A stretch of 64,000 nucleotides of DNA, taken from NCBI GenBank assembly GCA_963806225.1, contig CAWDXG010000001.1, positions 1,024,001 to 1,088,000 on the forward strand, given 5' to 3'. The notes under the pieces were generated by a model that was not told the origin of the DNA, ran no database searches, and saw nothing but the letters and a program-made list of their open reading frames with translations. Numbering within the stretch: position 1 is the first letter of the stretch; each line of letters begins with the position of its first letter. The position numbers were made by a program, and so were the translations under genes. Below, one piece after another: positions 19,431 to 28,508 of the stretch. The DNA is from an uncultured delta proteobacterium (lineage in GTDB: Bacteria; Myxococcota_A; Polyangia; Polyangiales; Polyangiaceae).

Positions 19431-20936
19431 TTGACCGACGCGGTGGATAGCGCAGCTCCGCCGCCTCCGGCGGAACCAGGATACGAAGCGGGCGAGGTTG
19501 TCGCCGGCAGGTTCCGTCTGGTGCGACTGCTCGGCGAGGGTGGCATGGGGTGGGTGTGGGTTGCTCGCGACCTGCAGCTCGACATCGACATCGCCATCAA
19601 GCTCATCCGCAATGATGTGAGCGTGCCCGCTGCGGCCGAGCGCCTGCTGACGGAGGCTCGCGCGCTGGCACGGCTCGAGCATCCCGGCATCGTCCACGTC
19701 ACGGAATTCGGGCGGACCGAGCAGAACGATCCGTTCATCGCGATGGAGCTGCTTGAAGGGGAGGACCTCGGTCAGGTGATCGAGCGCGAGGAGCGGCTTC
19801 TGCCCGTCAAGGCCCTACAGCTGCTGCTGCCGGTTGCCGAGGCGCTCGGGGCGGCGCACGCGCGCGGTATCGTCCATCGCGACCTCAAACCGGACAACGT
19901 CTTCCTGGCACGCGACGACGGCAGGACGCAGCCGAAGCTGATCGACTTCGGCATCGCCAAGCTGGACCTGGAGACCAAGCACACCCAGGCGGGCGTTGCG
20001 CTAGGCAGCCCGGACTACATGGCTCCGGAGCAGGCTCGAGGGCAGCGTGACGTCGACCACCGCGCCGACATCTGGGCGTTCTGCATCCTGATCTACGAGA
20101 CGATCACCGGCCACGTGCCGTTCGAGGACGCCAGCTACAACGCGGTGCTGCGCCACGTGATCGAAAGTCCTATCCCGTCGATATTCGAGCATGGCCTGGA
20201 CATGCCCGAGCTGTGGTCGATCCTCGAGCGAGGGTTCGAGAAGGACCGGGAGCAGCGTTGGCAGAGCATGCGTGAGCTGGGTGTGGCGCTTGCCGGCTGG
20301 CTGATGGACCGCGGAGTCACTGAAGACGTCGTGGGCGCCTCGCTGCGCGTGGTCTGGCTCGAGCCGCCGCGTCGCAGCCTGCTCTCGCTGCAGGAATTCC
20401 AGCTCGGCAGCGGGACCCTGCCGCGCATCGACACGGCCAGCTCGATTCCTCCCATCAGCGAGGTGGGACACGAATCGCCTGCGGTGAGCAAGCGCGGGAA
20501 GGCCGCCCTTGTCGGGTTGGTGGTGTTCCTCTCCGCTGTGCTCGCCTTGCTCGTCCTGACGCATCGCCGCGTTGCCGCAGAGCGCGCGCCGGCCCAGCAG
20601 CATCCAGCGAGCCGGGGCGGCGGCATGCAGGGCGCAGCGCCGGCCGCCCGCGCGGCCGTGCCCACCGCCAAGGTTGCCGAGCTGCCGCCTCCTGTCACCG
20701 ACTCCGCTTCGGCGCGCGGCGCTGCACCTCCGGCGAGCGCCGCGGTCGTCGCACCTCCGCCTCCGACCCCGCGTGGGATTTCGTCGCGCAGGCCCTCCGC
20801 AAGGGCCCACCCGGAGGTCCGCAAGCCCAGCGTCCACGCCCCGGTCCAGAACAGCCCGGGCAAGGTCGCAGAGCCCCCGGCTGCTGCGACTTCCGCACCG
20901 AAACCGCCGCCGGCGCACGAGGATCTCGGGTTCTAG
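19431..20936 (+). CDS. Membrane Ser/Thr protein kinase
   Basis: LGEGGMGWV, IAIK, HRDLKPDN, DFGIAK, YMAPEQ; TM helix and Pro-rich tail. Confidence 0.93.
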   Translation: MTDAVDSAAPPPPAEPGYEAGEVVAGRFRLVRLLGEGGMGWVWVARDLQLDIDIAIKLIRNDVSVPAAAERLLTEARALARLEHPGIVHVTEFGRTEQNDPFIAMELLEGEDLGQVIEREERLLPVKALQLLLPVAEALGAAHARGIVHRDLKPDNVFLARDDGRTQPKLIDFGIAKLDLETKHTQAGVALGSPDYMAPEQARGQRDVDHRADIWAFCILIYETITGHVPFEDASYNAVLRHVIESPIPSIFEHGLDMPELWSILERGFEKDREQRWQSMRELGVALAGWLMDRGVTEDVVGASLRVVWLEPPRRSLLSLQEFQLGSGTLPRIDTASSIPPISEVGHESPAVSKRGKAALVGLVVFLSAVLALLVLTHRRVAAERAPAQQHPASRGGGMQGAAPAARAAVPTAKVAELPPPVTDSASARGAAPPASAAVVAPPPPTPRGISSRRPSARAHPEVRKPSVHAPVQNSPGKVAEPPAAATSAPKPPPAHEDLGF

Positions 20937-21814
20937 CGCTTCCGCTCCGCCGCGGATCGAGCGATGGAGTCCAGGCGTTGCGCCGCGCGCAGCTGGTCGA
21001 ACCCGGGGGACCTGCCGCGCACTCCAAGCGCCAGGCGGCGAAGCTCTGCAACGTCCAGGGCTTCGACCGAGGCGGCCGCTCGCTCCAACCTGGCAAGCAG
21101 CGCGTCGGTGTAGGCTTGACCGCCTAGCGACAGAAGCTCGATGCAGTAGTCGAACCAGCGGCCCTTGCGTGTCGCGGTGGCGAGCGACAGCGCGGCGCCA
21201 AGCGCCGACTCGATCGTCGCTGGCTCCACATCGCGGCGCGCGCGGGCGTCATCCATGACCGAGGCGAGGTGTGACCGCAGCATCTCTTCGGCCTCGCGTA
21301 TGCGGCCCTTTTCGAGCGATCGCTCTGCAATCACGGACAGCATGAGGATGCCATTGACCTGGCGTGTGCTCACCTCGGGCGCTGACGTGCTGACCGGTTC
21401 ATCCGCGGGAACAACCGGGTCCGCGCCGCTCAGCGTGTCCAGGTTGAGACCGTGGGTGCCGGATGCGTGGCGTTCGTATCCTGCCCCGCTCGTCCGGAAG
21501 GCGAGTTGCGCGTTGCCGATATCGAGGCGGTCCCCGTCGCTCAGCTTCTGTGCCCCGTCCCCAACGCGCTGCCCATTGACGAACACGCCGTTGATGCTGC
21601 CGAGATCGTCGACCGTCGCGCCCTGGTCGGTGACCTCGATACACGCGTGCCGGCGCGACACCAGAGGGTCGTCGAGCACCACGTGACACGCCGCGCTGCG
21701 CCCGATCAAATACCGGCCCGGAACGAGCAGGATCTCCGTGCCCTGGTACGAGAGCCGGACGGGCGTTGGGGCCGTCGGCGCCGACGGAGCATCGTCTGCA
21801 TCGGGACTGGCCAC
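20933..21814 (-). CDS. FHA domain protein
   Basis: IGRS..C..VLDDPLVSRRHA..DLGSINGVFVNG. Confidence 0.88.
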   Translation of the reverse strand: MASPDADDAPSAPTAPTPVRLSYQGTEILLVPGRYLIGRSAACHVVLDDPLVSRRHACIEVTDQGATVDDLGSINGVFVNGQRVGDGAQKLSDGDRLDIGNAQLAFRTSGAGYERHASGTHGLNLDTLSGADPVVPADEPVSTSAPEVSTRQVNGILMLSVIAERSLEKGRIREAEEMLRSHLASVMDDARARRDVEPATIESALGAALSLATATRKGRWFDYCIELLSLGGQAYTDALLARLERAAASVEALDVAELRRLALGVRGRSPGFDQLRAAQRLDSIARSAAERKR

Positions 21815-21932
21815 TGCTCTTCGTTTCTATCACCGGTTCCCGGCGCACGAAAACGGTCCTTGCCTGTCGCTGTGATTCCGGCGAGTTCCGGAGCACCGGG
21901 TGCGGCGGGGAACAGAAGCGGCGCGCGTCGCG

Positions 21933-22388
21933 CTACTTGCCGGAGCCCGAGCGTACTCCGCTGGTCGGACCGTTGCCCCAGCGCTCGATGACCTTGCGAT
22001 CGGCGTCGGTCAGCCGGGCGTGGGGGTGCATCGGGACGTAGTACCACTCGGGCATGTCGCCCTCGGAGACCTCGTGGCCGGCCTTCCGCTGCTTCTTCGC
22101 ACGTTGCGAGGCGTCGAGCTTGCCCCACTCCGTGAAGTTCAGGTGCTCGCGGCCTTCGCTGACGTCGCTTGCCACGAGCCACGAGACAGGCGCGACGTGG
22201 CTGTACCAGGGCCACACCGTCTTGTTCGAGTGGCAGTCGTAGCAGGCCCGCTGCAGGATGGCGCTCACCTCCGGCGGTGCGTCGATCTCTCCCGCGCTGG
22301 GCGGATTCGTGCCGCCCACGGGAATCAGTTGTGCCAGCCCCAGAAGGGCGATAGTGCCTCCCAGCGCGTACCAGATGCGTCGTTTCAA
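21933..22388 (-). CDS. Haem-binding domain protein (single CXXCH cytochrome c-like)
   Basis: Signal/TM, ACYDCHSN, WPWYSHVAPVSW, LNFTEW, MPEWYY..MHP; TTG start with GAGGT RBS. Confidence 0.88.
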   Translation of the reverse strand: MKRRIWYALGGTIALLGLAQLIPVGGTNPPSAGEIDAPPEVSAILQRACYDCHSNKTVWPWYSHVAPVSWLVASDVSEGREHLNFTEWGKLDASQRAKKQRKAGHEVSEGDMPEWYYVPMHPHARLTDADRKVIERWGNGPTSGVRSGSGK

Positions 22389-22598
22389 TGTGACCTCGCC
22401 GATGGAATGGAGGCTGCGCCGGCGCGCAGCGACAGCATGTCCCAGTTGCAAGCCGCCGGTGCAGGGCTCCGTCCCCGACAATGCGCAGGATCTGCGAGGC
22501 GGGCAAGGGGGCTGCGCGTTGTCAGCAGGGTGGCCCCGCCCGACTTGCAGCGGTCCCATAACGCTGTAGCCTGGCCCCGCTCTGGAGAGGTGAATTCC

Positions 22599-23579
22599 AT
22601 GTCCGCGATCATCGACACCGTCCTTCTGCTCGCCCTGCCCGCTTCAGGAAAGTCGGAAATCAGACGCTACCTGTCCCTCGTTCCGCCACACCGCCGCCAG
22701 GAGGAGTTCGGCGTCGGCGATACGGTGCAGCTCGACGATTTCCCCTACGTGCACCTGATGCGAAGCATCGATGACGCCCTCGAGGATCTCGGCAAGAGTC
22801 GGATGTTCTTCAGCGCCGGGGACAAGCCGTTCGAAAACCCCGCGGACTGGGGGACGCTCGTCCAGTTGGTCAACGAGGACTACTCGGATCTGCTCGAGCG
22901 CCGCGCGGAGGAGTCCGGACCGGCTGCGAGGCGTCTGATGGACAGGCTCGACAGAGCCGCGGAACGAGTGGGGATCGCACCACGTCTCGCGGCGCTCGAA
23001 GAACCTCTGCGCGGGAAGCTCGCCGAGCGGATCGAGGGGCTGGCCGACGGACTCCTTCGCGACAAGTTCGATGCCTATCCCGATCGCCTGGATGACAAGA
23101 CCATCGTCGTGGAATTCGCGCGCGGCGGACCGCAGGGTTCGACCCTGCCGTTGCCGGAACCCTATGGCTACGGGCATTCGTTGTCGCTCCTGTCGAAGGA
23201 AATCCTCGAGCGGGCGAGCATCCTGTACGTGTGGGTCACCCCCGAGGAATCGCGCCGCAAGAACGACGCACGCGCCGACCCCGACGATCCGGGCTCGATC
23301 CTGCATCACGGCGTGCCTCTGTCCGTCATGCTGAACGACTACGGATGCGACGACATGGAATGGCTCGAGGAGCACAGCGACCAGCCGGGGACGGTGTCCG
23401 TGGAGGCGCACGGACAGCGCTTCCACCTGCCTCTGGCTCGCTTCGACAACCGCGAGGACAAGACTTCCTTTGTGCGGGAAAACCGCGAAAGCTGGCCCGA
23501 GGAAGCGGTGGACGCACTCCACGCGGAGCTCCGGAAGGCATTCGGCACGCTGCTGTCGCGTAACGCTCCGGTGCGATAA
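22599..23579 (+). CDS. Hypothetical P-loop NTPase/kinase-like protein
   Basis: N-terminal LLLALPASGKS Walker-A variant, IVVEFARG; GGAGAGG RBS. Confidence 0.7.
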   Translation: MSAIIDTVLLLALPASGKSEIRRYLSLVPPHRRQEEFGVGDTVQLDDFPYVHLMRSIDDALEDLGKSRMFFSAGDKPFENPADWGTLVQLVNEDYSDLLERRAEESGPAARRLMDRLDRAAERVGIAPRLAALEEPLRGKLAERIEGLADGLLRDKFDAYPDRLDDKTIVVEFARGGPQGSTLPLPEPYGYGHSLSLLSKEILERASILYVWVTPEESRRKNDARADPDDPGSILHHGVPLSVMLNDYGCDDMEWLEEHSDQPGTVSVEAHGQRFHLPLARFDNREDKTSFVRENRESWPEEAVDALHAELRKAFGTLLSRNAPVR

Positions 23580-23663
23580 TTCCGCCTCGGCGCTAGCGGT
23601 GCCCGAGCCGCGCCACATCGAGTATGCTCGGGACGGCCGAAGGCCGACTGCGGGAAAGCAAGG

Positions 23664-24863
23664 ATGGGCGACGACCAGAGCACGGGGCGGACCAGCAGCA
23701 GGCCAGTCACTGTGCCGCCGCGGCCAGCCAGCGTGCCACCGCGCCCGGGCAGCGTGTCGCAACCGTCGCGTCCGCCTCCGCCGCCTTCCCGCCCGCTGCA
23801 GTCGCGGCCACCCCCGCCGCCTTCCCGCAATGGGCCGATCGTGCCGTCGCGTCCGCCTCCGCCGCGCTACGGTCCGGGCGCCGTGTCGCAACCGTCGCGT
23901 CCGCCTCCGCCGCCTTCCCGCCCGCTGCAGTCGCGGCCACCGCCTGCACAGCCACCGCCTGCACAGGGTCCAGTGGCTTCGTCCGCGCCGCCGCGTCCAC
24001 GCGTCCGGCACGACACGCCCACCAGCGTGGCGCCGCCGCCGACCGCGCCCGACAGCCGTCCGCCCGCGTCGGCGCCTGCGACGAAGGGGCCGATCAGCGC
24101 ATTTCCGCACAGCATGCGGCCTGAACCGGAACGCCGTATGGGTGTGCCTTCGGCGCTTTCGTCGCGTCCTCCGCCGCCGCAGGGGACCGACCCGCAGCTC
24201 GAGCAGCTCAGGCGGGTGCTGTCGCGGAAGGAAAGCGAGATCAGAAAGCTCACGACCGAACGCGGATTGTTCCAGGGGCGGATCGCGGAGCGGGATGCCC
24301 GCATCCGCGAGCTCGAGGCGCGTATCGAACAGCTCGGCGACGCCGAACGGCGCATTGCCGACATCGAGACCAAAGCCCGCCGCGAGCGCGAGCGGCTGGA
24401 GGCCCGCATCGCCGAGATGGAGGCGGCGTCCAGGCCCGACGACCCGCGCGTCACCGAGCTCGAGGCAGAGCGCAGGCTGGCGACCGAGCGGAATTCCGGG
24501 CTCGAGGCCCTGCGCAAGCAGGATGCGGAACGGATCGCCGAGCTCGAAGCGCAGTCCCGGACCGATGCCGGCCGGATTGCGGAGCTCGAGCAGGCCAGCC
24601 GCCGCGCGGCGGAGCGCGCCGACGAGCTCGAGGAAACGCTGGCCTGGCAGCCCGAGCCCGAGGATGACCTGAAGCGGATCCAGGGCGTCGGACCTGCGTT
24701 CGAGCGCCGGCTCAAGGCGCTGGGCGTGCGCACGCTCGCCCAGGTGGCGGCCTGGACGCCGGAGCAGCTCGAGGACATCGCGCGGCAGCTGAAGGTGCAG
24801 CCCGCGCGCATCCTGCGTGACGACTGGGTGGGTAGCGCGAAGCGGCTGGCCGGACGCGATTGA
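23664..24863 (+). CDS. Pro-rich/coiled-coil protein with C-terminal helix-hairpin-helix domain
   Basis: Pro-rich N-terminus, RIxELE heptad coiled coil, DDLKRIQGVGP..LKALGV..QVAAW..DDWV. Confidence 0.8.
   Translation: MGDDQSTGRTSSRPVTVPPRPASVPPRPGSVSQPSRPPPPPSRPLQSRPPPPPSRNGPIVPSRPPPPRYGPGAVSQPSRPPPPPSRPLQSRPPPAQPPPAQGPVASSAPPRPRVRHDTPTSVAPPPTAPDSRPPASAPATKGPISAFPHSMRPEPERRMGVPSALSSRPPPPQGTDPQLEQLRRVLSRKESEIRKLTTERGLFQGRIAERDARIRELEARIEQLGDAERRIADIETKARRERERLEARIAEMEAASRPDDPRVTELEAERRLATERNSGLEALRKQDAERIAELEAQSRTDAGRIAELEQASRRAAERADELEETLAWQPEPEDDLKRIQGVGPAFERRLKALGVRTLAQVAAWTPEQLEDIARQLKVQPARILRDDWVGSAKRLAGRD
23753..23941 (+). repeat. Intragenic ~60-bp direct repeat (VSQPSRPPPPPSRPLQSRPP x2)
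   Basis: Copies at about 23753-23812 and 23882-23941. Confidence 0.8.
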
Positions 24864-24902
24864 GCTCTAGTTCGCTCCGAGGACATGCCCTGCGGGGCAT
24901 AC

Positions 24903-26276
24903 TCACTGCTCGAACTTGGCCGCGTCCCTCTGGTGGTAGGCTTCGAGCTTCCGGTATAGCGTCTTGCGGTCGAGCCCCAGCACACGGGCCGCCGCCGCTT
25001 TCCGCCCTCCGACCGCGGCTAGCACCTGCTCCACGTAGCGGCGCTCGATCTCCTCGAGCGGCGCGAGGGCCGAAGGATCGGAACCGACCGCAGGCGGTGT
25101 CGAACCGTGGTGGATCCTGATCCGGTCCGGGAGATCGTCCAGCGTGATGCGGTCATGCGCAGCCAGCGCAACTGCGTGCTCGATGCAGTTTTGCAGCTCG
25201 CGGACGTTTCCGGGCCACGGATACGACATCAGCCGCTCGGCGGTCCGGCTGGTCAGGGCCGTGACCGGTTTGAGCGAAGAGCGTGCATAGACATCCACGA
25301 AGTGCTGCGCGAGCAACAGGATGTCGTTGCCCCGTTCGCGCAGCGGCGGCACCGGGATCTGGATCACGTTGATGCGGTAGAAGAGATCTTCACGGAAACG
25401 ATGCCGCTCGACGGCGATCTCCAGATCGTTGTTGGTGGCCGCGATGATCCGGACATCGATGGGAGTCTCCCGGTCCGCTCCCACGGGTCTGATGCTGCGC
25501 TCCTGCAGCGCGCGCAGCAGCTTGGCCTGGAGCCCGAGGGGCATGTCGCCGATTTCATCGAAGAAGAGCGTGCCGCCGCTGGCGCGCAGGAGGAGGCCGG
25601 CACGATCAGCGCGCGCGTCCGTGAACGCGCCGCGCGCATGCCCGAACATCTCGCTTTCGAGCAGCGGCTCCGGCACGGCCGCGCAGTTGATCGCGACGAG
25701 AGGTGCGTCGCGCCGGCGACTGCGCGCGTGCAACGCCCTGGCGACGTGCTCCTTGCCCGTTCCGGTTTCTCCGGTCACCAGAACGGTGGCGTTCGAGGCG
25801 GCTACACGATCGATCAGCCTGAACAGCGCCTGCATCGGCGGACTTGCGCCGACCATGCCTTCGAAGTCGACCATGGCGGAGCCTGCTTCGCTCAAGCGCG
25901 TGACTTCTTCGCGCAGGGCGTTGCGCTTCGCCGCGCGTTGGAGCGCATGCGTGAGGGCTTCCACGTCGACCGGCTTGGGAATGAAGTCGTAGGCTCCGAC
26001 GCGGATTGCCGCGATGGCCGACTCCAGGCTGCTGAACGCGGTGACGACGATCACGGCGATGCCCGGCTTCTGTTCGAGCAGTCGTTCACACAGCTCGATG
26101 CCGCCGATGTCGGGCATGTTGAGGTCCGTGACCACCGCATCGAATGGCTGGTCTGCCATGCAATCGAGCGCTTCACGCCCTGACCTTGCAGCCGTCGCTT
26201 CGAATCCAACCAGCTCCAGCAGCTCGACAAGCGATCGGGCCGCTACGACATCGTCGTCGACGATGAGAACGTGCAT
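24903..26276 (-). CDS. NtrC-family sigma-54 response regulator (REC-AAA+-HTH)
   Basis: [58 protein letters not shown]. Confidence 0.95.
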   Translation of the reverse strand: MHVLIVDDDVVAARSLVELLELVGFEATAARSGREALDCMADQPFDAVVTDLNMPDIGGIELCERLLEQKPGIAVIVVTAFSSLESAIAAIRVGAYDFIPKPVDVEALTHALQRAAKRNALREEVTRLSEAGSAMVDFEGMVGASPPMQALFRLIDRVAASNATVLVTGETGTGKEHVARALHARSRRRDAPLVAINCAAVPEPLLESEMFGHARGAFTDARADRAGLLLRASGGTLFFDEIGDMPLGLQAKLLRALQERSIRPVGADRETPIDVRIIAATNNDLEIAVERHRFREDLFYRINVIQIPVPPLRERGNDILLLAQHFVDVYARSSLKPVTALTSRTAERLMSYPWPGNVRELQNCIEHAVALAAHDRITLDDLPDRIRIHHGSTPPAVGSDPSALAPLEEIERRYVEQVLAAVGGRKAAAARVLGLDRKTLYRKLEAYHQRDAAKFEQ

Positions 26277-26448
26277 GTTTTCCCCCCTGGGGCAGTACGC
26301 CCCATGAGGGCAGAGTAGCACTCCGCCACGTCTTTTGAAGAGCCACATTGCGCGACGCGTTGGCCGGCGGGACGGTCGACGGTCGGCGGTCGGCGTGGCG
26401 AATTTGTGCCCCGGTGCGTGGCAGAGCGTCACGCCGGATTTCGAGGTG

Positions 26449-26973
26449 CTAGCCGCTGCCGCCGAGCGTGAAGTAGGTCGCCCGCCGTCCGGAGCTTGGT
26501 GGCGCCTGATCGAGACACTCGAAACAGAAGACCGGCAGGTCCGGAAAGTCGGGTGCACGGAGCCGATGGCTCGTGCCACACGACGCGCAGAGATCCACAC
26601 CGCGCTCGCCGGGGAGGATCCCAGCGGACCTCAGGTCGCGTCTCGTCAGCACGCCCGATAGCCGGCCTTGTCGCTCGTCCAGCACCGGCAGACAACCGAC
26701 GCCGCACTCGAGCATGATGCTGGCTGCTTGAACGAGAGTGTCGGTCTCGCAGGTCCAGATCACGGGCGACCGCATGTGACGTACGACCAGGGCGCCCGGC
26801 ATCGACTCCGCCAGATCGCACTGGCAGACGACGCCCACCAGCGTCGAGTCGTCCACCACCAGCAGATGATGGACGCCGTGTGCCTCGGTGATGCTCCGGG
26901 CGGCATCGACAGCTGCACGGGCATCGACGAGCACGGGCTTACGGGACATCAGCTCGGAAACAGTACGCTCCAT
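26449..26973 (-). CDS. CBS domain protein with C-terminal CxxC...CxxC
   Basis: Tandem CBS (HHLLVVD..LVGVV; GCLPVLD..LSGVLT), tail CASC...CFEC. Confidence 0.85.
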   Translation of the reverse strand: MERTVSELMSRKPVLVDARAAVDAARSITEAHGVHHLLVVDDSTLVGVVCQCDLAESMPGALVVRHMRSPVIWTCETDTLVQAASIMLECGVGCLPVLDERQGRLSGVLTRRDLRSAGILPGERGVDLCASCGTSHRLRAPDFPDLPVFCFECLDQAPPSSGRRATYFTLGGSG

Positions 26974-26994
26974 GCCTCTACCCCCCGGCGTGCG

Positions 26995-27462
26995 CTACGG
27001 CACCACCGTGGTCCATGTCACCTCCGCGATCGTATTCCCCTGGATGTAGTCGGTCAGATACTGGATCTCCTGGCGATGCTCCCTCGCCAGTCGCTTGACG
27101 ATGTCCCCGATGGACACGATTCCCGAGAGCCGGCCGTTGCTCATCACGGCCAGCTGCCGGACGCGATGCTCGGTCATCAGGTTCATGCACTCGGCGATGC
27201 CGGTTTCCGGTGAAACGCATACGATTTCGGGCGACATGATCTCGAAAGCGCGTGTCGTCTTCGATGTGCGTCCTTCCAGTGCGACGCGTCGCAGGTAGTG
27301 GCGCTCGGTGAGGATGCCTACCGGGACATCATCGTTTACGACGACGAGCGAGCCCACGTCGTGCTTGACCATTTTCTGGATGGCTTCGTAGACGCTGGCG
27401 TCTTCCTCGATGGTGTAGACCTGGCTCCCCTTCGTGCGAAGGACATCTGCTACGTCGGTCAT
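26995..27462 (-). CDS. CBS domain protein
   Basis: VADVLRTKG, VGSLVVV..VGILTER, RVRQLAVM..LSGIVSIGDIVK, YLTDYIQG. Confidence 0.92.
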   Translation of the reverse strand: MTDVADVLRTKGSQVYTIEEDASVYEAIQKMVKHDVGSLVVVNDDVPVGILTERHYLRRVALEGRTSKTTRAFEIMSPEIVCVSPETGIAECMNLMTEHRVRQLAVMSNGRLSGIVSIGDIVKRLAREHRQEIQYLTDYIQGNTIAEVTWTTVVP

Positions 27463-27515
27463 AATTCTCCCCTGGGTGACGCGTCGCGGGACGCGACGAC
27501 ACTCACCTACAAAGG

Positions 27516-27532
27516 AGCACACGGCATGCCAA
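27516..27532 (-). promoter_or_regulatory. Putative sigma-54 promoter for the CBS genes
   Basis: Minus strand TTGGCATGCCGTGTGCT, GG-N10-GC, about 54 nt upstream of the ATG. Confidence 0.6.
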
Positions 27533-27538
27533 GACCGC

Positions 27539-28408
27539 TCAGATCGGGCGACGCGCCGCGGCATGCACGCTGCGCACGATGCGCGGCAACCCGGCCAGGA
27601 AGATCGCCCCGTCGATCTGCGACACCTGCGCGTTGGAGACGAAGTCGTTCCAGAAGTAGCGGTGCAGGCCGCGCTTCATCAATCGCGCGTAGGCTCCGGC
27701 GCGCTCGGCAGGCGAAACGGTAGCGAGCGCGTCGGCGAGAAACTCGCGCCATTCGCGTTCCGCTGGTTCCGTGATCACGTACGGCGTCGTCACTATCAGC
27801 TCCCGCCCGGGACCGTGTTCGGGCAGGGGCACGAAGCGAGCCAGCCACATCTCGCCCGGCTGTCCGTTGTAGGCGCCGGTGACCATGCGGAGCCCGGGCT
27901 CCTTCTCGACGACCAGCTCCCGGAGCAGAATGCCGTCGTCGCCGTACCCTTCATGCACGTACAGGCCGAGTCGCGATTTCTGCGCGCGCTCGAGCAGTTC
28001 GGTGAGCTCGTTGCGTGCGCCAAGCTCACGCTCGACATCCACCAGCAGCTCGCCGAGCGACCGACGGCGGGGTCCCGCGTAGAAGTCGAAGTACGCCCAC
28101 CACGTGAACGGCGAATCCAGGTTCCGCTTCGACAGAGGCGGCGCGGGCGCATAGCAGCGTTCGGCGTCCTCGATGAGCGTCCGCAGGCGCGCGCATTCGG
28201 GCTCGGCCAGGACGGCCTTGGCCAGCTCCAGCACCCGCAGCATCCCGCTCTGGAAGCGATCGGCCGGCGACGGCAGAGCGGGTCGCATGTTCTCCAGGCG
28301 AAGCGGGGACATGTTCCCCGAGCCGGTGTTCTGCAGCGAAGCGGCCAGGCGTGCCGGCAGCGGACGCCTCGTCCGGGCGCGCGAGCGCGACGAAACCCTC
28401 TCCTCCAT
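27539..28408 (-). CDS. Hypothetical protein
   Basis: Long ORF with GGAGG RBS; segments FTWWAYFD, SRLGLYVH, GEMWLARFVP, TTPYVI look conserved-type; start uncertain. Confidence 0.6.
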   Translation of the reverse strand: MEERVSSRSRARTRRPLPARLAASLQNTGSGNMSPLRLENMRPALPSPADRFQSGMLRVLELAKAVLAEPECARLRTLIEDAERCYAPAPPLSKRNLDSPFTWWAYFDFYAGPRRRSLGELLVDVERELGARNELTELLERAQKSRLGLYVHEGYGDDGILLRELVVEKEPGLRMVTGAYNGQPGEMWLARFVPLPEHGPGRELIVTTPYVITEPAEREWREFLADALATVSPAERAGAYARLMKRGLHRYFWNDFVSNAQVSQIDGAIFLAGLPRIVRSVHAAARRPI

Positions 28409-28508
28409 TGTTCCCCCTCCTGCTCTCAAGCGGAGCACGCCAAAGGCCTGCTGTCCAGCGAACGGCCCGCGCTCGTCGCGGCGTACCGCTTGACTGTAAT
28501 TGCTTCGC

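Noticed and set aside
25610..25640. GAFTDA instead of GAFTGA in the NtrC-type activator as a loss of function
   Set aside because: GAFTDA is a variant seen in other sigma-54 activators, and the other AAA+ motifs are intact
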